DNA from: Pseudogymnoascus verrucosus
Lineage: Eukaryota
Assembly (NCBI GenBank): GCA_001662655.1
Contig: KV460271.1
Length of the DNA stretch: 64,000 nt
Direction: 5' to 3' (one strand)
In this document: positions 23,632-37,686 of the stretch, piece by piece
How positions within the stretch are numbered: position 1 is the first letter of the stretch
How the letters are laid out: every line of letters begins with the position of its first letter
Made by a program: the position numbers and the translations under genes
Notes under the pieces: model-generated
Databases searched by the model: none
The model's input: only the letters and a program-made list of their open reading frames with translations
What the model was told of the DNA's origin: nothing

Positions 23632-25037
23632 TCGATTTTCAGTATCTGTGCTCCAAACTATATTAAAATGCAGCAATGTATGCTTGAAGAATCACTTTCT
23701 TTGCCAGCTTTGCCTCGAATATAAAATATCGAAATAACAAAAGAAGTATTGGGACAAAGCCACCTGCCTCTGAAAACGGCCAGTATAAGTGCCATGATCC
23801 CATCTCTTTACCTGAAATATGACTCTTTGTTGTATTCCATTGCTCAGCCTCGATTTATGCCATTTTGGGGAAGCGACGTCGAAATCCAATCAGCGCCCAC
23901 AGCCCCTTTGACAGGGTACGTATAAATCATGCGACTGGCGGAGAGTTGTTGGAACTACAGTAAAGAAATGTGAGTTAGCTTTATAGTTTACTCAGGATGA
24001 GTAACAAGCTTGTTGAGAGGCTATAATAACAAATTTAGCGCCGAGTAATTAGAGGCCTTCATCTTCACTTGGCAGTTGGAGTACACCATAGCATATCAGT
24101 CACATAAGTCTCGACGTGCAGAAAAATAACGTAGTCTTCATTCACACCAAAGCTACAGCTCCCCTTGATTTACACTCGTAAATCCAACTCCCTCTCCAAT
24201 CTCAATCGGCAGCTCCGAAAAGCAAATAGCAATCACAACAAAGCTGTGTGTATCCCATCATCGACATTCGCGTCCCCTCGCCGGCAGTGAAGCCGACCCA
24301 CGGGAGCAAACTTCCTATCAAGGCACCATCTGGCGCGTTCCTCTCCAGAGCCTCACACCTCGTGAAAGGTGCTGGCAACCGTCCACTGTGGTGACATCAA
24401 GGTGGGGGTCGTGGCTGGCTCTGTTACTTTTTGATGAAGAGAGAAAAGAGGAAGTTGCAGAGTCGCGAGAACTTTTATAGCAGGCGCGGCTGGCTTTGCT
24501 AGCGCGCCCTTAGCGAGGCGGCTTTTCCAGCCCAGCCCTTTTTCTTAGCATGTCACGTGTGCATAGCGGGGTTCGTTCTTTTTTTGTTGGATGTATGTCA
24601 CGTGGTATTGAGGGGATGGGATGTCTACAGCTAAAGGGAGCTAGCCAACGTGTACTATAACTTCCAGACGGGGGTTATCAACCTCGAGCAGAGCAGTGCA
24701 TTGACAGCACTTGTGCCTGCACGCAACCGCTCAAGAAGAGACGCTTCAAGTATAGCCTCCGCGCATATAGCCACAGTGGAAGTGGCTTCAAAACAAAGGT
24801 CGGTCAGCATTTAACGAGTGAATAATGTCGCGGGCTGAAGGTGATCGGGGACCGAGGAGGGAGACGCGGATATTCTTCCCCAGAGATCCAGCTCTCCCTG
24901 CGGACACCCACACTTGAAACGACAGGCTACTACTACTCCATGTACAGAATTTCATCATTTCTGGCGCGATCCCAAAACTGATACTGCAAGCTAGCACAGT
25001 CGCCCAGTCCCAGACCCGAAACCATGAGCACGACGGC

Positions 25038-25538
25038 ATGAGCAGCACCCCCCAGCAAGATGGCGCGGACCATCCCAGCACCGTCGCGCCCTCCGCCAGC
25101 CACACCACCCTCGACTCGATCAGCCAGACGCTGTATATCGTCGTGAACCGCGGCGACCCGATCGACTCGTACTCGATGCGGCACACGTCTTTCTGGGTCA
25201 AGTTTTCCGACGGGCGCAACCTGCTGAGCCATGTGTGCGGCGCGGCCAGCTTCTTTGAGTTCGAGGAGCGCTGGAATGAGGCGCATCCGCAGGAGGGGAA
25301 GAATTTTGAGCGCATTATTTTTGTCATGACGATGCGCACTACGGTGGATGATATGACGATCCGGAATACGCTGCGCCAGACTCCGGTCAATAATAAGGAG
25401 CGCTCGTGGAATTGTCAGACTTGGATAGGCGATGGGCTGAAGAGGTTGCAGGATGCGAAGTTGCTGCAAGAGGCGAATACCATTAATGCTGCGGACCAGA
25501 TGGTTGATGTGTTGCTGGAGGCTCCAGATGAGGAATGA
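25038..25538 (+). CDS. Small protein with a permuted papain-like (NlpC/P60, PPPDE/DUF6540-like) signature
   Basis: 166 aa with RHTSFWV, LSHVCG and WNCQTWIGDGLKRL (His before the NCQxW Cys); GC3-rich coding-like codon use. Confidence 0.75.
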   Translation: MSSTPQQDGADHPSTVAPSASHTTLDSISQTLYIVVNRGDPIDSYSMRHTSFWVKFSDGRNLLSHVCGAASFFEFEERWNEAHPQEGKNFERIIFVMTMRTTVDDMTIRNTLRQTPVNNKERSWNCQTWIGDGLKRLQDAKLLQEANTINAADQMVDVLLEAPDEE

Positions 25539-26395
25539 AGTCTTGCTACGGGAGGCTTATGGGGGTGGGTTAAACGGTGGTATCTACTGGCGGCGGAGAA
25601 ACAAAGCCGATGGGGCAGTCTTTGATATGCTCAGTCTCGTGGCACTTTGGAAGATGACCTCTACGCAGTTATACTAGGTGACGTGGTGGTCCCCCAAGAA
25701 CGACTTGACAACTCTCAGTGTCCAGGATACCAGCTCAGGATGCCGACGGCGCGGCGCGAAATCAGAGTGAGTGAAAATCATCTCATGATCGTTGATCAAA
25801 GAGCTGAGAGCGACATCAGAAACGGGGAACTGGTTGAACTGATATTCGCTGTCAAGCGGGCTGGAAGCGAAAGTTGACTATAAATTAAAAAGTCACGCCG
25901 ACATGAAAAATTGATACCATTTGTGAATAATACATTGTCTTATATATGTTGGTGATAGTATTTATGTTGTATTTCTCTGTTATAACTCTGTTATAATCCC
26001 ATTTCAGGGGCCATATGAATAGGAAGGTATTATTCAGGCTTGTAGCTCTCTACAGAGTATTCCGCCCTGCCATATCATTATCGGAAGCATACACTTTCCT
26101 CTTCATTTTACAAATCCGTAATGCATGTAATGCGCCCCGGTATTCGAAGATCTCCGCATTAATACCGGCCCCAATTTGCATCACCCAAGAGATACGGCAT
26201 AGAGTCATGACTCGATCTCTTAATTCGAGAGCGCGAAACGTTTTGGCACACCTGCCTTAGGTTGAGCCCGGCGGAAAGGGGAATGACTCAAAATCCCACG
26301 CACTATCCCTTGGTCATAGAAACCAGAGTGCCTTCTGAGTAAGACCAGCGCGCGCCTGGGACCGTAACAAACATATCCCACATCACGCCAACACC

Positions 26396-27946
26396 TCAGC
26401 CGTCCCCGGGAGAATTCGTCACCACAACCCTCTTCACCAACCTCACCCACCTCCTCCTCCTCCACTGCCCCTTCTTCCCCTCCCCCTCCACCCCCTCCTC
26501 CCACGTCGGCTTCGGCTTCTGGCTCACCTTCCCCGCCGGCTCGCGCAGCCCCGGCTCCGGATTCGAACCCTCATAGAGAATATCATACACCCATCTCTCA
26601 CCCTCCGTCTCGACCTCCACGCCCGTAATGATCCGCTCCTCCACCCACTCCCTGCTCCACAGGTCCAAATTCCACTTCTTCTCGCTCCACTCCCAGTCCC
26701 GCGGCGGCGCGACGTCCTCGAAGAACTGCGTCCCCCGCGGCCTTTCGTTCGCGATCCGCGGCGCTGCTAGAGGGTCATACGGACTCGCTGAGTAGAGCCA
26801 GGGCTCCCATTCGCCCCTGCTGTCGAGCTTCTGCAGTTCGAAGACTTCGACTTCTCGCGTCTCGGGCTCCATGTCTAGCATGATGTCCTTAGCGACCCAG
26901 GTGTCGAGCCAGGATTTTGCCTCCGACTCCCGCGGCGCGACGTGCTGGTCGTGGGTGCTTGCGAGCATTTTGGCGACGGCGGGATGGCCGGAGAAGATGA
27001 CGAACCAGCCGCCGATGAGGAAACAGAAGCGCCAGGGGACGAGGTGGGAGGCGATGAACATGGCGGCTGTGGACATGAAGAGGAAGAGGAAGAGGGCGGA
27101 GGAGAGGGGCTCGTTGCTGAAGTTCATGGGTGGAGCGAGCTTGGTGAGGATCTGGTCGTGGACCTGGCTGAAGTCTTCCATGCAGTTTTGTAGGTCCCCC
27201 ATGTTGCGGAAGAAATCTTTGGAGAGCTCTTTGACCGGCTTGACGGTTGGTGCTGGTGCGAGGGCAGGGCCGCGGGGGGAGTATTCGAAGGATGTGGAGA
27301 GGGTTACTGGGGGGGCGGGGTGTCGTGCGATAAAGGAGGGGATGAAAACACCGAGGAGTAGGCCGGCGAGTGGGAGCACGGTGAGGAGATGCGGGTCTAG
27401 ACAGACGAAGGTGTAGACTGCGAGGAGGGAGATGGTGTGTGAATATTTCCGCCAACTGAGAAGGCGGGTCATACGTGCTTGAAAGACAAAGACAACGCCG
27501 ATGCGGGAGTTGAAGCGGCGGAAGTTTGCGGACATGGTTGGGAGGCTGAAGGCAGGTCGTTCAATGCGATTTGAATATGGAGACCCTTCCTGGTTTCTGG
27601 GTTGGTCCTCCACCGGTATGACCTGCTGCAGCAGCCTTCATAGTATTAGCATACGTGTCGTACAAACAAAGCAGGGCGAGACACTGTCGTACTTCTCTAA
27701 TAGGCGGTCTTGCATACTTGGGCCCTTATCTGCCTTCTCTCCATTGTCGCCTTTGTTATCCGGTGATCGCCCAACCATCTTGCGAGCTTTGTTTCCGAGC
27801 TTTGATCGAATCGAGTTGTTCTTTCCCTTATTCTCTTTCCCTGGCGAGTTGTTATTAGGCTCGGACTGGGAGCTCGGGCTGTCGAGTCGTATAACCGGAA
27901 CGCGTCCGTCTCTGTTCGCGAATGCGCCGTTGGTATACTCGTCCAT
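26396..27946 (-). CDS. PEX29: Integral peroxisomal membrane peroxin of the Pex24 family (Pex28/Pex29-like), 2 exons
   Basis: Exons 27946-27693 and 27635-26396; intron 27692-27636 gives 'DRLLEKLLQQVIP'. Motifs FSLPTMSANFRRFNSRIG, ELSKDFFRNMGDLQNCM and a Trp-rich dysferlin-like C-terminus (WRRRRWVRLVKR). Confidence 0.85.
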
Positions 27947-29787
27947 GGCTACAAGCGTGGTCGACGTTAGTCAGGCGCGAAACGAAGAGGGCTAGCAGAG
28001 GCGTCCGCGGCTTCCTCGTTAGGCTGAGCCCGTTCGTTCTGGCGCGCGGGGTCGCTCTGTCCTGAGATGGAAGGCAGTGATGACGTCTAACGTATCGCAG
28101 GTATTGAATGTTGTATCGTGTATTGTGGGGTGTACATGTGCAATTCAGACCGTGCTACAAGCTGTGCACACACTCAAACCGAGAATTATCGTAAACCCTT
28201 TGATTGCTTCAACTATTCGATAAATCCCACGGCGTTCCGATGAACCTGTCGCGATTGTCACGGCCTTTTTCGTGGAATCCCGCCGTGGAGGGTTGCGTAT
28301 GACGATGGTCCTCGGCATGTGCCAGTGGTCGGCCTGTGGCTGGTGGCCTATGGCGGCGTGGCTGACGGGTGTAAGACAGATTGAACACCGATTAACGCTA
28401 GGCTGAATCCGGTAAGGGCGCGGTCACATATTCGATGTCTGGGGACTCCTCGGGAGACAAGGCCCTACATACAGCGGAACCCCTTATTATTGCGTCAAAA
28501 ATCCATCATCTTTTCTTTAGATGAGGCGAGTCATGTCTTCTTTTTATAGAGTAATATCTTGGAAATCAATGAGCAAAGCTGATGAGAGTGCTTTGATCTG
28601 CCCCTATTTTACCACTCCAAAGCGGCTGGGCGTTGAGCGTGTGTCAATGGTGTGTACAGTACGGGGAGACCGAAGCATGAGCAGCAATATCCTCACCGGT
28701 CAGCTATATATCCACCGCGTCAGCTATTAAATGCGTTCCCATATCTGAAGCTTCTCATGCCATTATCCCCTGAATTACTCTCAGCATAACACAGCACTGG
28801 TTACCCCGTAAACAAAGGACATGTAACAATTCACGCCTTGTGGTGCATGTGCGCCTTGCTCTATATAGCCCTGTGTTCATATGTGTTAATATACCCGGAA
28901 GCCTCTCGACGAGTAATATCAACAGCGCTAGCCTGTAAGTAATGCTTAGGGGATGTCAAAACTCGGCTGCCTTTCCTAATCTGGCGTTTTCTATAACCTC
29001 CCGGTTGTGGCCATATATCACTCTCCTCCACACCATGTCTAGCTGTGATAATAGAGCAAAACCCTACTGCTAAAACGCGATTATATTATTGTTTTGTACG
29101 CTTTCCTGGCCTTTTACTCCTCCTCCTTGTACATCTCCTGCTGTTGATCTGCGCACCACAGGAAATTCCCAATTTGACTCTTGCTATAGGCTTAACGATA
29201 CTCCGAATCGGTACGTCGGTACATTAATTACGGTACGTATAAATGATGCAGCACGGACGCTATAGCCATTAGAGATTCTCGCTACGGTTGACCGTTGCCC
29301 GACCCTTTGGTTCCCCTGTAACTTTTGTTTTGAAACCAAATTCGTGAACTCAGCTTCAACTCACTCATATCGCCATCCTCGTACTCGAAGGGAGAGGGAG
29401 AGATAGATAGAAGGAGAGAAGCAACAAAAGCTACTTTGCCCTTCCGCACCCGGCCCATAGCCCCCTCCTGCCGGAACCATCGCCGTTCGAACACCAGGAG
29501 CAGCAGCACCTTCTCAGCGCGTTGCTCGGTCATCCTTCAACTTCAACTTCAGCGCCCACCTCCATTCATACTTGGTTCGCTTCGTCGCAGCTTGCGTTAA
29601 GCCAGATCGATCTGGCGACTTATTCGGACCTCGTCGACCTTCACAGACCCGTCGGAAATGCGATAGCCATTCTCTCTGCTCAGCTCCTCCAACGGACTGA
29701 GATCGAGCGCCTGCACTCGTGCTCCGCTCTCGCTCTTCAGCCCAACTCGTCACTCCTTTGAGGTCCTGAGCGGCCTGCATTGTTCCT

Positions 29788-32700
29788 ATGATCAGAGACC
29801 AGATCGCACCGTCTGGCCCTAGACCAGCGGGTCTGCCCTCTCAAAAGTCGTAAGTGGTGCCGCATCCCTTAAACACCCCATCAATTGCTTACAATCTACA
29901 GCTCAAAGGAGAACCACGACCCCGTTGTTTCTGCTCCTCGACCACGCCTACCTATTGGCCGAGAACCACCGCCTGTTTTGAATAAGATACCCTTGCCCTC
30001 AGAACAAGCCTCGGGCGAACCTCTGGACTTTCTGCCCTCCCCAAGTTTCGACGATCTGCACATGAGCATATCATCGGCATCTGACGACCAGAGACTCGAG
30101 CCTTTCCCGGACACAAAAAGAGAACCTAGCCTGTCCAGCAGCATGATGTCCGACAGACCTACCGGTGGTGTAATGACCCGAGAAGCGGTTGAGGCGAAAG
30201 GTTTAGCCGGCCGCGGGGCGCCTATTACAAGGCCAGTTCGGAGTGGCTCTCTTTTAAGGAGGCAGAGTACCTCAAATCGACAGAGCAGTGTTTCCTCTAC
30301 ATCGTCTGCTATACCTGGGAGCATGGACCCGCCCACAGCCCCGCTTGCTATGCGCACACGCAGACAGAACCAGTACCCCCCAATATCAGCAAATAACGGA
30401 GGCAAAGGACAACGTAAATCCATCGGTTTTGGCGGCACTGAATCCGACACGTCTTTCAGAACATCTCACAGACGCAGACCAAGTTTAGCGTCCAGTATTA
30501 CGGCGTCTGCATCAAATCAAAGCTTGTCAGATGCCACAAACGGCAGTCGGATGTCGGATTCGTCTGGAAACTTTCAAGGCGACACTTCACGTCTAACAAC
30601 ACCACGCGCATCGAAAACAAAGTCTCTCCAACCTCCATCTCGTCACAACCAAGAATCATCGTCGACCCCAAGAGGCACCCCTGATCATTCTAGATCATTA
30701 TCATATGCTGGGAAGTCACCCGGCCGACACAACGGGCGCAACACGTCGACTCCATCATCAGCAGCAAGGCGTATGTCGCAAATGCCTTCATCCAATTCAC
30801 ATGCATCTGGATTAGGCGCAAGGACAATCAGTCCTACGGATACGAGACGAATGAAGCGGATGTCTACCATGCATGGTGCTCCACCTTTGCCAAATACTCC
30901 GCCTGTGAACCAGCAGGATCCTTCCCATCTAAGAGGATCGTCACGTTCGCCATCACTTCTTCCACGCATGAGCACTACGCCTTCGTCTTTGCGCAACACC
31001 CCGGACTTTAGCCGCAAAACGTATGGAGTCTCTACTGGATCCAATGGTGGGTTTACGCCGAGATCGTCAACTGGATCGCTCCAGCCCCAGCCTCGCTTGC
31101 TTCCTGTGCCATCGACTTCTAGACTACCTACTCCAAAGTCAAGAAATGTTCATAGCTCTGCCGGGAATGAAGAGGAGGAAGTGCCACCTGTCCCAGCAAT
31201 TCCAAAGGCATATGAATCTCCAAAAGAGTCACCTGCCGAACCCCCACTCTATGCCGCTCGAAAATCAAGCCTCCCATTTGATTCGAGCAGTATAAACAGC
31301 CGGAACAGCAGCTCTACCAATGAGCTATCTGGAACATCATCCGGAAGAGATCCCAGAAATGTGGACTCAAGCTCTCACTCTAGAATACAGCACGGCATGG
31401 GTGCTGGGTCAGATGCTGAACAACATGGAAAGCGTGGGCCCCCTAAGAAAAAACACCTGCAGCCATTGCGACTCCCTCCACTTAACCTACTTCCCCTGAG
31501 CACTCCAACTGCAGCAAAGATTGCTGCTTTCCGCAATGATGCAGCTTCAAATTCCAACGGGACAGTAACGCCACCACCAAAACGAGCGAGTGCGAAGACC
31601 CCTACAACACCTATGACAGCATCGAAATCTACATTCTTTTCACACAATCGTGATGATATGTCGGGCCATATCACCGACCAGTTGCGAAGCAGCACATCGA
31701 TCCAGCATTCAAGGCAAGACAATGGATCTACAAGTCCCACAAAGCCGCTACCCGCGCCACCAAACCCGGCACGACAGAACGCTGTGTCACCATTCATTTC
31801 ATCGTCCTTACCAAAGAACAGTGGAGAGTTCAACTTTTTGCCAAGACCACAAACAAGTGGTGACTTCCCAACCGACTTTTCTGGCGAACAGAGGCTGAGT
31901 AAATTAAATGGCCCTCGGGCTCTGAATACTGCCCTGCCACCCAAGGCTGATGATCCCCCAACTTACGATCAGTCAAGCCAAGACGAGGCCCAGACACCGT
32001 CGTCGGCGTCATCGCTTCGGAGAAAGCTCAGCCTTGGCTGGAGACGTACTGGTTCTAAAAGCAGCATTAGCTTGTCTCATGCAGCGAACGAGAGGGCGGC
32101 TAACGACAAGAGCTCGGAATATGCACCTCAACCTCCAAAGCACGATCCAAAGCATAATGACATGCCACCTCCAAGACTTCCTGCGTCGATGAGTATGCAG
32201 AACGTTAACAGCCAGGCGGCAACGTCAAGCCCAAGCCCGACTGTGAAGCCGATGTATCTGGAATCGAAAAGACGGAAAAGCTCCATTTCGAGTCTCACGC
32301 TACCCGTTGCTCAAGAACGCACACAAGGCAATAACTGGGGTATTACCCCCCGTGGTCCGAAGAAAGAGGATACTACAGATATGAAGCCTCTACAACCCAA
32401 GCTCAACCCGCAGCGATCCTCGGCTTCAATGATTGCCCATGGCCAGAGAATAATCGGACCCAAGGCGTCCTCGAGTGCCTTGAGGCCGGTGAATCCTTAC
32501 GCTTCCAAGCTCGACAAGGATGACTTAGTGGCAGAAGAGGAGATGAGGAAAATGGCGTCAAGGCGGAAAGAGACCGAGCAAGCTGCGAAAGTACTCGATG
32601 CCCTCCGAAAACGTGCCACGCCCAAGGAGAGGGTATCTCCGCAACAAGCAGTGCAAATGGCACATCTGAACATTTATGAGCGCGGTGAGATTGTTGACTT

Positions 32701-34155
32701 CAAGGATGTTTACTTCTGCGGCACGCAAAGCGCAGCCAAACATGTTGGGAAAGTTCAATCTGATAATGCCAACTTTGGCTACGACGATGAACGAGGAGAC
32801 TACAGCATTGTAAAGGGCGACCATCTCGCATTTAGGTACGAGATCATCGACATCCTCGGAAAGGGTAGTTTCGGTCAAGTTGTTCGATGTATCGACCACA
32901 AAACTGGCGGCTTGGTTGCTATCAAGATTATTCGGAATAAGAAGAGGTTTCATCAGCAGGCACTTGTGGAAGTCAACATCTTGCAGAAGCTGCGCGAATG
33001 GGTAAGAATGATTTCACATTTGCCAAATACTGTTACTAACAGCGCCGATAGGATCCAACAAACAAACATAGCATGGTCAACTTCACGCAAAGTTTCTACT
33101 TCCGTGGCCATCTTTGCCTCTCTACTGAACTTCTTGATATGAACCTCTACGAGTTCATTAAGTATAATGGCTTCAAGGGGTTCTCGTTGAAGCTCATTAG
33201 GCGCTTCACCAAACAGCTTCTGGGCAGTCTGCTTCTTCTTAAGGTTCACAAGGTCATCCACTGTGATCTCAAGCCAGAAAATATTCTACTTGCTCACCCA
33301 ATGCACTCGGAGATCAAGGTTATCGATTTCGGTTCCAGTTGCTTTGAAAACGAAAAGGTATATACCTACATTCAATCTCGATTCTACCGATCGCCAGAGG
33401 TTATCCTCGGTATGAGTTACGGAATTGCAATTGACATGTGGAGTGTTGGCTGTATCTTGGCTGAGCTTTATACCGGCTATCCGATTTTCCCTGGCGAGAA
33501 TGAGCAGGAGCAGTTGGCCTGTATCATGGAAGTGTTTGGACCACCAGAGAAGCATCTTATTGAGAAGAGCACAAGAAAGAAGCTCTTCTTCGATTCTATG
33601 GGCAAGCCACGACTCATTGTGTCATCGAAGGGCCGTCGCCGGAAGCCTTCGTCGAAGACCTTGCAACAAGTCCTGAAGTGTGACGACGAGGTGTTCCTGG
33701 ATTTCCTTTCGAAGTGCTTGAGATGGGATCCAGCCAGACGAATGACGCCAGACCAAGCTGTTCAACACGAATATATCTTGGGACCAAAGACATCGCTATC
33801 AGCACCACGACCCCTTGGAGGCACCAGCAGAAATGAATCGCCAGTCAAGCGATATAATACTACGGCTACCTCCCAGAGTAGCCAGCGACCTCTCCCAGAG
33901 CCTCCGGTGACTGCACTTCGCAACGGTGGCACGAGGACTCGTGATCCTAGTCCGAATAAACCTCCGGCCCCAAGGAGATTGTCCAATGTACATAACCTAA
34001 GCAACCCAACAATCTCGACCGCGAGCAAGCGCGCCAGTATTGGCCCTGCAGCCCAGACCACAAGTGGGCTACCGAGAGTCGCAACACGGAGCACGAGCGG
34101 GAGGCAAGACCTGGCCATCTCAGGAGCCGGAGCAGCGATGAACAGGAGAGGATGA
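29788..34155 (+). CDS. POM1: DYRK-family dual-specificity protein kinase (Pom1/Ppk5-like), 3 exons
   Basis: Exons 29788-29849, 29902-33001, 33052-34155 (introns GTAAGT..CAG and GTAAGA..ACTAAC..TAG). DH box YDDERGDY, GKGSFGQV, HCDLKPEN, DFG and YTYIQSRFYRSPE; long Ser/Pro-rich N-terminus. Confidence 0.9.
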
Positions 34156-35277
34156 AAAGTGATTGACGACGTTTACGAACAATATTATCGGCGGCAGATA
34201 TATACATATGACGAGGGGGATGACGGGGACCGGATGGGGTTTAACGATAGGGTAGTCGGTTCTACTTCTTGCGCGTGTGTGTTCAGCATTGTGTGGCGTG
34301 CATAGCTTTGCGAATTGGCCCCTACGCATTTTGCGGGCTTCTGCTTGCCTCGGGCGGGACAGTGTTTTTGTGTTTTGACATACCCTGATGCTTTTCTCTT
34401 TTTGTTCGCGAGATGGAAGCGCCACGGGATGTGGCGGACATGGAATAGAAGGATGGAGTGTGGGCGGGGATGGGAGCTCGACCCAGGGGGCTCTACTTAT
34501 CGGGGCTTTGCATATCGGGCTCTTGTGCGATTTTTGTTAATAATGGGTGGGTGGTTGGGTGGGTATTAGGGCCGGAACTGGGACTTGGGCATTTCATGGA
34601 GGAGCGCTGGAAAGTGGGTGTTTGAGTGCGTTCTTCTGGAACTGGGTGGGTGGGGGTTGATGTATGGTGTAGATGAGGATACACACTTTAAAGTCTTTGT
34701 ACGAGTCAAATGAACATACGACACGGGACTAAGACACCCGCTTCTTACTATGATTTTGCTTCACTGTGGTCTAGGCTTATGGCCATTTGTTCTGTTGATG
34801 AATTGCTTGGGTGACGTTGTGAAGAGGCTGAGCTGCTGGGCTATGTGATTTGACGTTTATAACCAGTCCGACGATGACCGAGCTTTCCACTAATGAGGGG
34901 GATGTGTGTTTGGGTATTGGCCGGAAGACAGTTACCCGAGTTGTAGACCCATCACGGGCCTAGAATTAAAGTCGCTAAAAAAGCTATAATTGCTTACTTA
35001 TCACATCCAGTTTCAGCAGTACGAAAGTCGCTCCGACCTCGATGTGTTTGATGTTGATGATAAACTCCTGTCGACTGCCGGTGCCAAGACCACGGATAGT
35101 CGGCGCTTCAGTAAGCCGTCCCTCAATTAGAGTATGACGACATGTGCTAGCTGCCGCACAGCTACCCCGCAGCCAATAAACAGGGCCCAATAGTTAATGA
35201 CCACGACCTCTCCACCCTCCCAATCAACATAGCCCTCCCTGCGCCAGACGAAACATAATTACAAATCCCATGAGTAG

Positions 35278-37134
35278 ATGATCTCCTCAAAGCTTCTATA
35301 TAACAGTAGTCTGCGACAGATTGTTCGACAGGCTCCGAGAGCATTTAAAAATCCGATTTTCGCAGTTACAGCGCAGACGAGAGCTATGGCGACGGAATTC
35401 AAGATTAAGAACCTTGCGGCGCTTGATTTGAAGCCGGGGGAGAAGAGGCAGGTTGAGGTGGATGGGGTTGAGGATGGGAAGGTCTTGTTGCTGAATGTTG
35501 GGGGGAAGACTACTGCTGTCGGTGCTAGATGCACTCATTATGGTGAGTTTGGTGCTGTGTTTACGAGTTGCTTCTGTTGCTCACACATGAACCAGGTGCC
35601 CCGCTTGTCAAGGGAGTTTTGACTGGAGATGGCAGAATTACCTGCCCATGGCATGGAGGTGAGTTATACCGACATTTCAATACTGTAACTGCGACGGGGA
35701 CAGCTCACTAATGATATTGTAGCTTGCTTCAACGCAACGACGGGTGATATTGAGAACGCCCCAGCCCTTGATAACCTCCCCGTCTTCGGGCTCGTCGAGA
35801 AGGATGGCGGTGTCTATGTCACAGGTGCGCAGGACAAGATCAAGGGAAGCAGGAGAAAGCCAAATATCAAATGCTCTGCTGTGAAGCCTGAGAACATCGT
35901 TGTTGTGGGAGGCGGGTCGGGGGCCATTGGTACTGTTGAGGCGCTTCGCGAACAGGGTTATAAGGGCTCCATCACTTTGATCAGCAATGAGGGATACCTG
36001 CCAATAGACAGGACGAAGCTGTCTAAGGCTCTGATTGCCGACCCGGTCAAGATTGGACTGAGAGACCAGCCATGGTTTGACGAGGCGGGGATCACCACTG
36101 TCACTGATGAGGTGACCGAGGTTGATTTCCTCACTAAGAAAGTGCACACGAGATCTTCGAGCGTGTATCCCTACACCAAGCTGGTGCTCGCAACTGGTGG
36201 AACCCCTCGCCAGCTCCCACTACCAGGCTTCAAGGAGCTCGGAAACATCTTCGTGCTACGAAACATCCATAATGTCAAAGACATCCTGGCCGCTATTGGC
36301 GAGAAGAACAAGAAGATTGTTGTCATCGGCAGCTCTTTCATCGGCATGGAAGTTGCCAAAGCCACATCTAAGGACAACACCGTCTCGGTGGTGGGTATGG
36401 AGAAGGTTCCCCTCGAGCGCGTCATGGGCGAGCAAGTCGGCTCCTACCTACAGAAACAACTCGAGGCAATCGGCGTTAAGTTCCACATGAACGCCGGCGT
36501 CGACAAAGCCCTGCCCTCCGCCTCTGACCCCTCCAAGGTCGGCGCCATCCAACTCAAAGACGGCACCAAACTCGACGCCGACCTCGTCATCCTCGGCGTC
36601 GGAGTCGCGCCTGCAACCGAATATCTTAGGGGCAACAAGTCCGTGCAACTCGCCAAAGATGGCTCCCTAACTGTCGACGGGGACTTCCTCGTCCAGGGCG
36701 TCGATGGTGTCTACGCCGTCGGCGACATCGCGACGTACCCTTACCACGGCCCCGGCGGCAACGGCGCCCCGGTCCGCATCGAGCACTGGAACGTAGCGCA
36801 GAACTCCGGCCGCGCAGCCGCCGCACACATCGTCTCCCCAACAGTGGCGCGCAAGCCATTCATCCCCATTTTCTGGTCAGCGCTCGGGGCGCAGTTGCGG
36901 TACTGCGGGAACACGGTGACTGGGTATGATGGGAGCGTGGTGCAGGGGTCGCTGGAGGAGTATAAGTTTGCGGTGTTTTATACGAAGGGGGAGGAGGTGG
37001 TGGCGGTGGTTACTATGGGGAAGGATCCGGTGGTGTCGCATGCGAGTGAGTTGATGAGGAGGGGGATGTTGCCGGGGAAGAAGGAGTTGGAGGGGGGGCT
37101 GGATATCTTGACGATTGAGGTTCCTGCTTTGTAA
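35278..37134 (+). CDS. aif1: AIF-like Rieske [2Fe-2S] / FAD-NAD pyridine nucleotide-disulphide oxidoreductase, 3 exons
   Basis: Exons 35278-35542, 35596-35658, 35723-37134. Rieske motifs CTHYG and CPWHG assemble across the introns; GGGSG and GSSFIG dinucleotide motifs, AVGDIA, RIEHWNVA, PIFWS. Confidence 0.9.
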
Positions 37135-37686
37135 GTGGTGTGTTAGGATTGGGGTTTATGGGAAGTAATATGGCAATGACTTTTGCGAGTTGAGTTGATC
37201 TCTAGCTCTTGCGGACAGAAATGAGAGAATATTCCACAGTGCCTCGTCCATCTTGCCTGGGGCTGAACAAATGAGCGGATACCTTGCCAACCCCGAACAG
37301 TTGTGGACACTAACAAGACTCAAACGAAAATGTACAAGGCAAACAACTCCTCCGGCAGCGTATGCTCATTGGTTTAGCCGCGTTGAACTCGTCAAGAAGC
37401 ACCACATTATTAAATCGTGTGAAGGCAGTAGGTAGCCAAGTGTTGACGACTAAACAACTTCGTCATCGACCTTCTGCCTCATAGGAGACAATGCGGTGTG
37501 GGCGGTGGTGCCGTGCTTATAAGTCGGAGCGATTCTTTCCCCGAGGCCCCGTACAATATCTGGCTTGTTACAAGAATAGTTATCATCATTTTTATTATAA
37601 GTGTTCATTGGGCTCTTTCTATAGATTTAATTTTTCTTGTCTCTGTGACTATTATTGCCGACTGTGCAATCTTGTTGATATAAATC

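Noticed and set aside
29522..29761. uORF upstream of the DYRK kinase
   Set aside because: Starts at TTG, and there is no evidence of conservation or translation from sequence alone.
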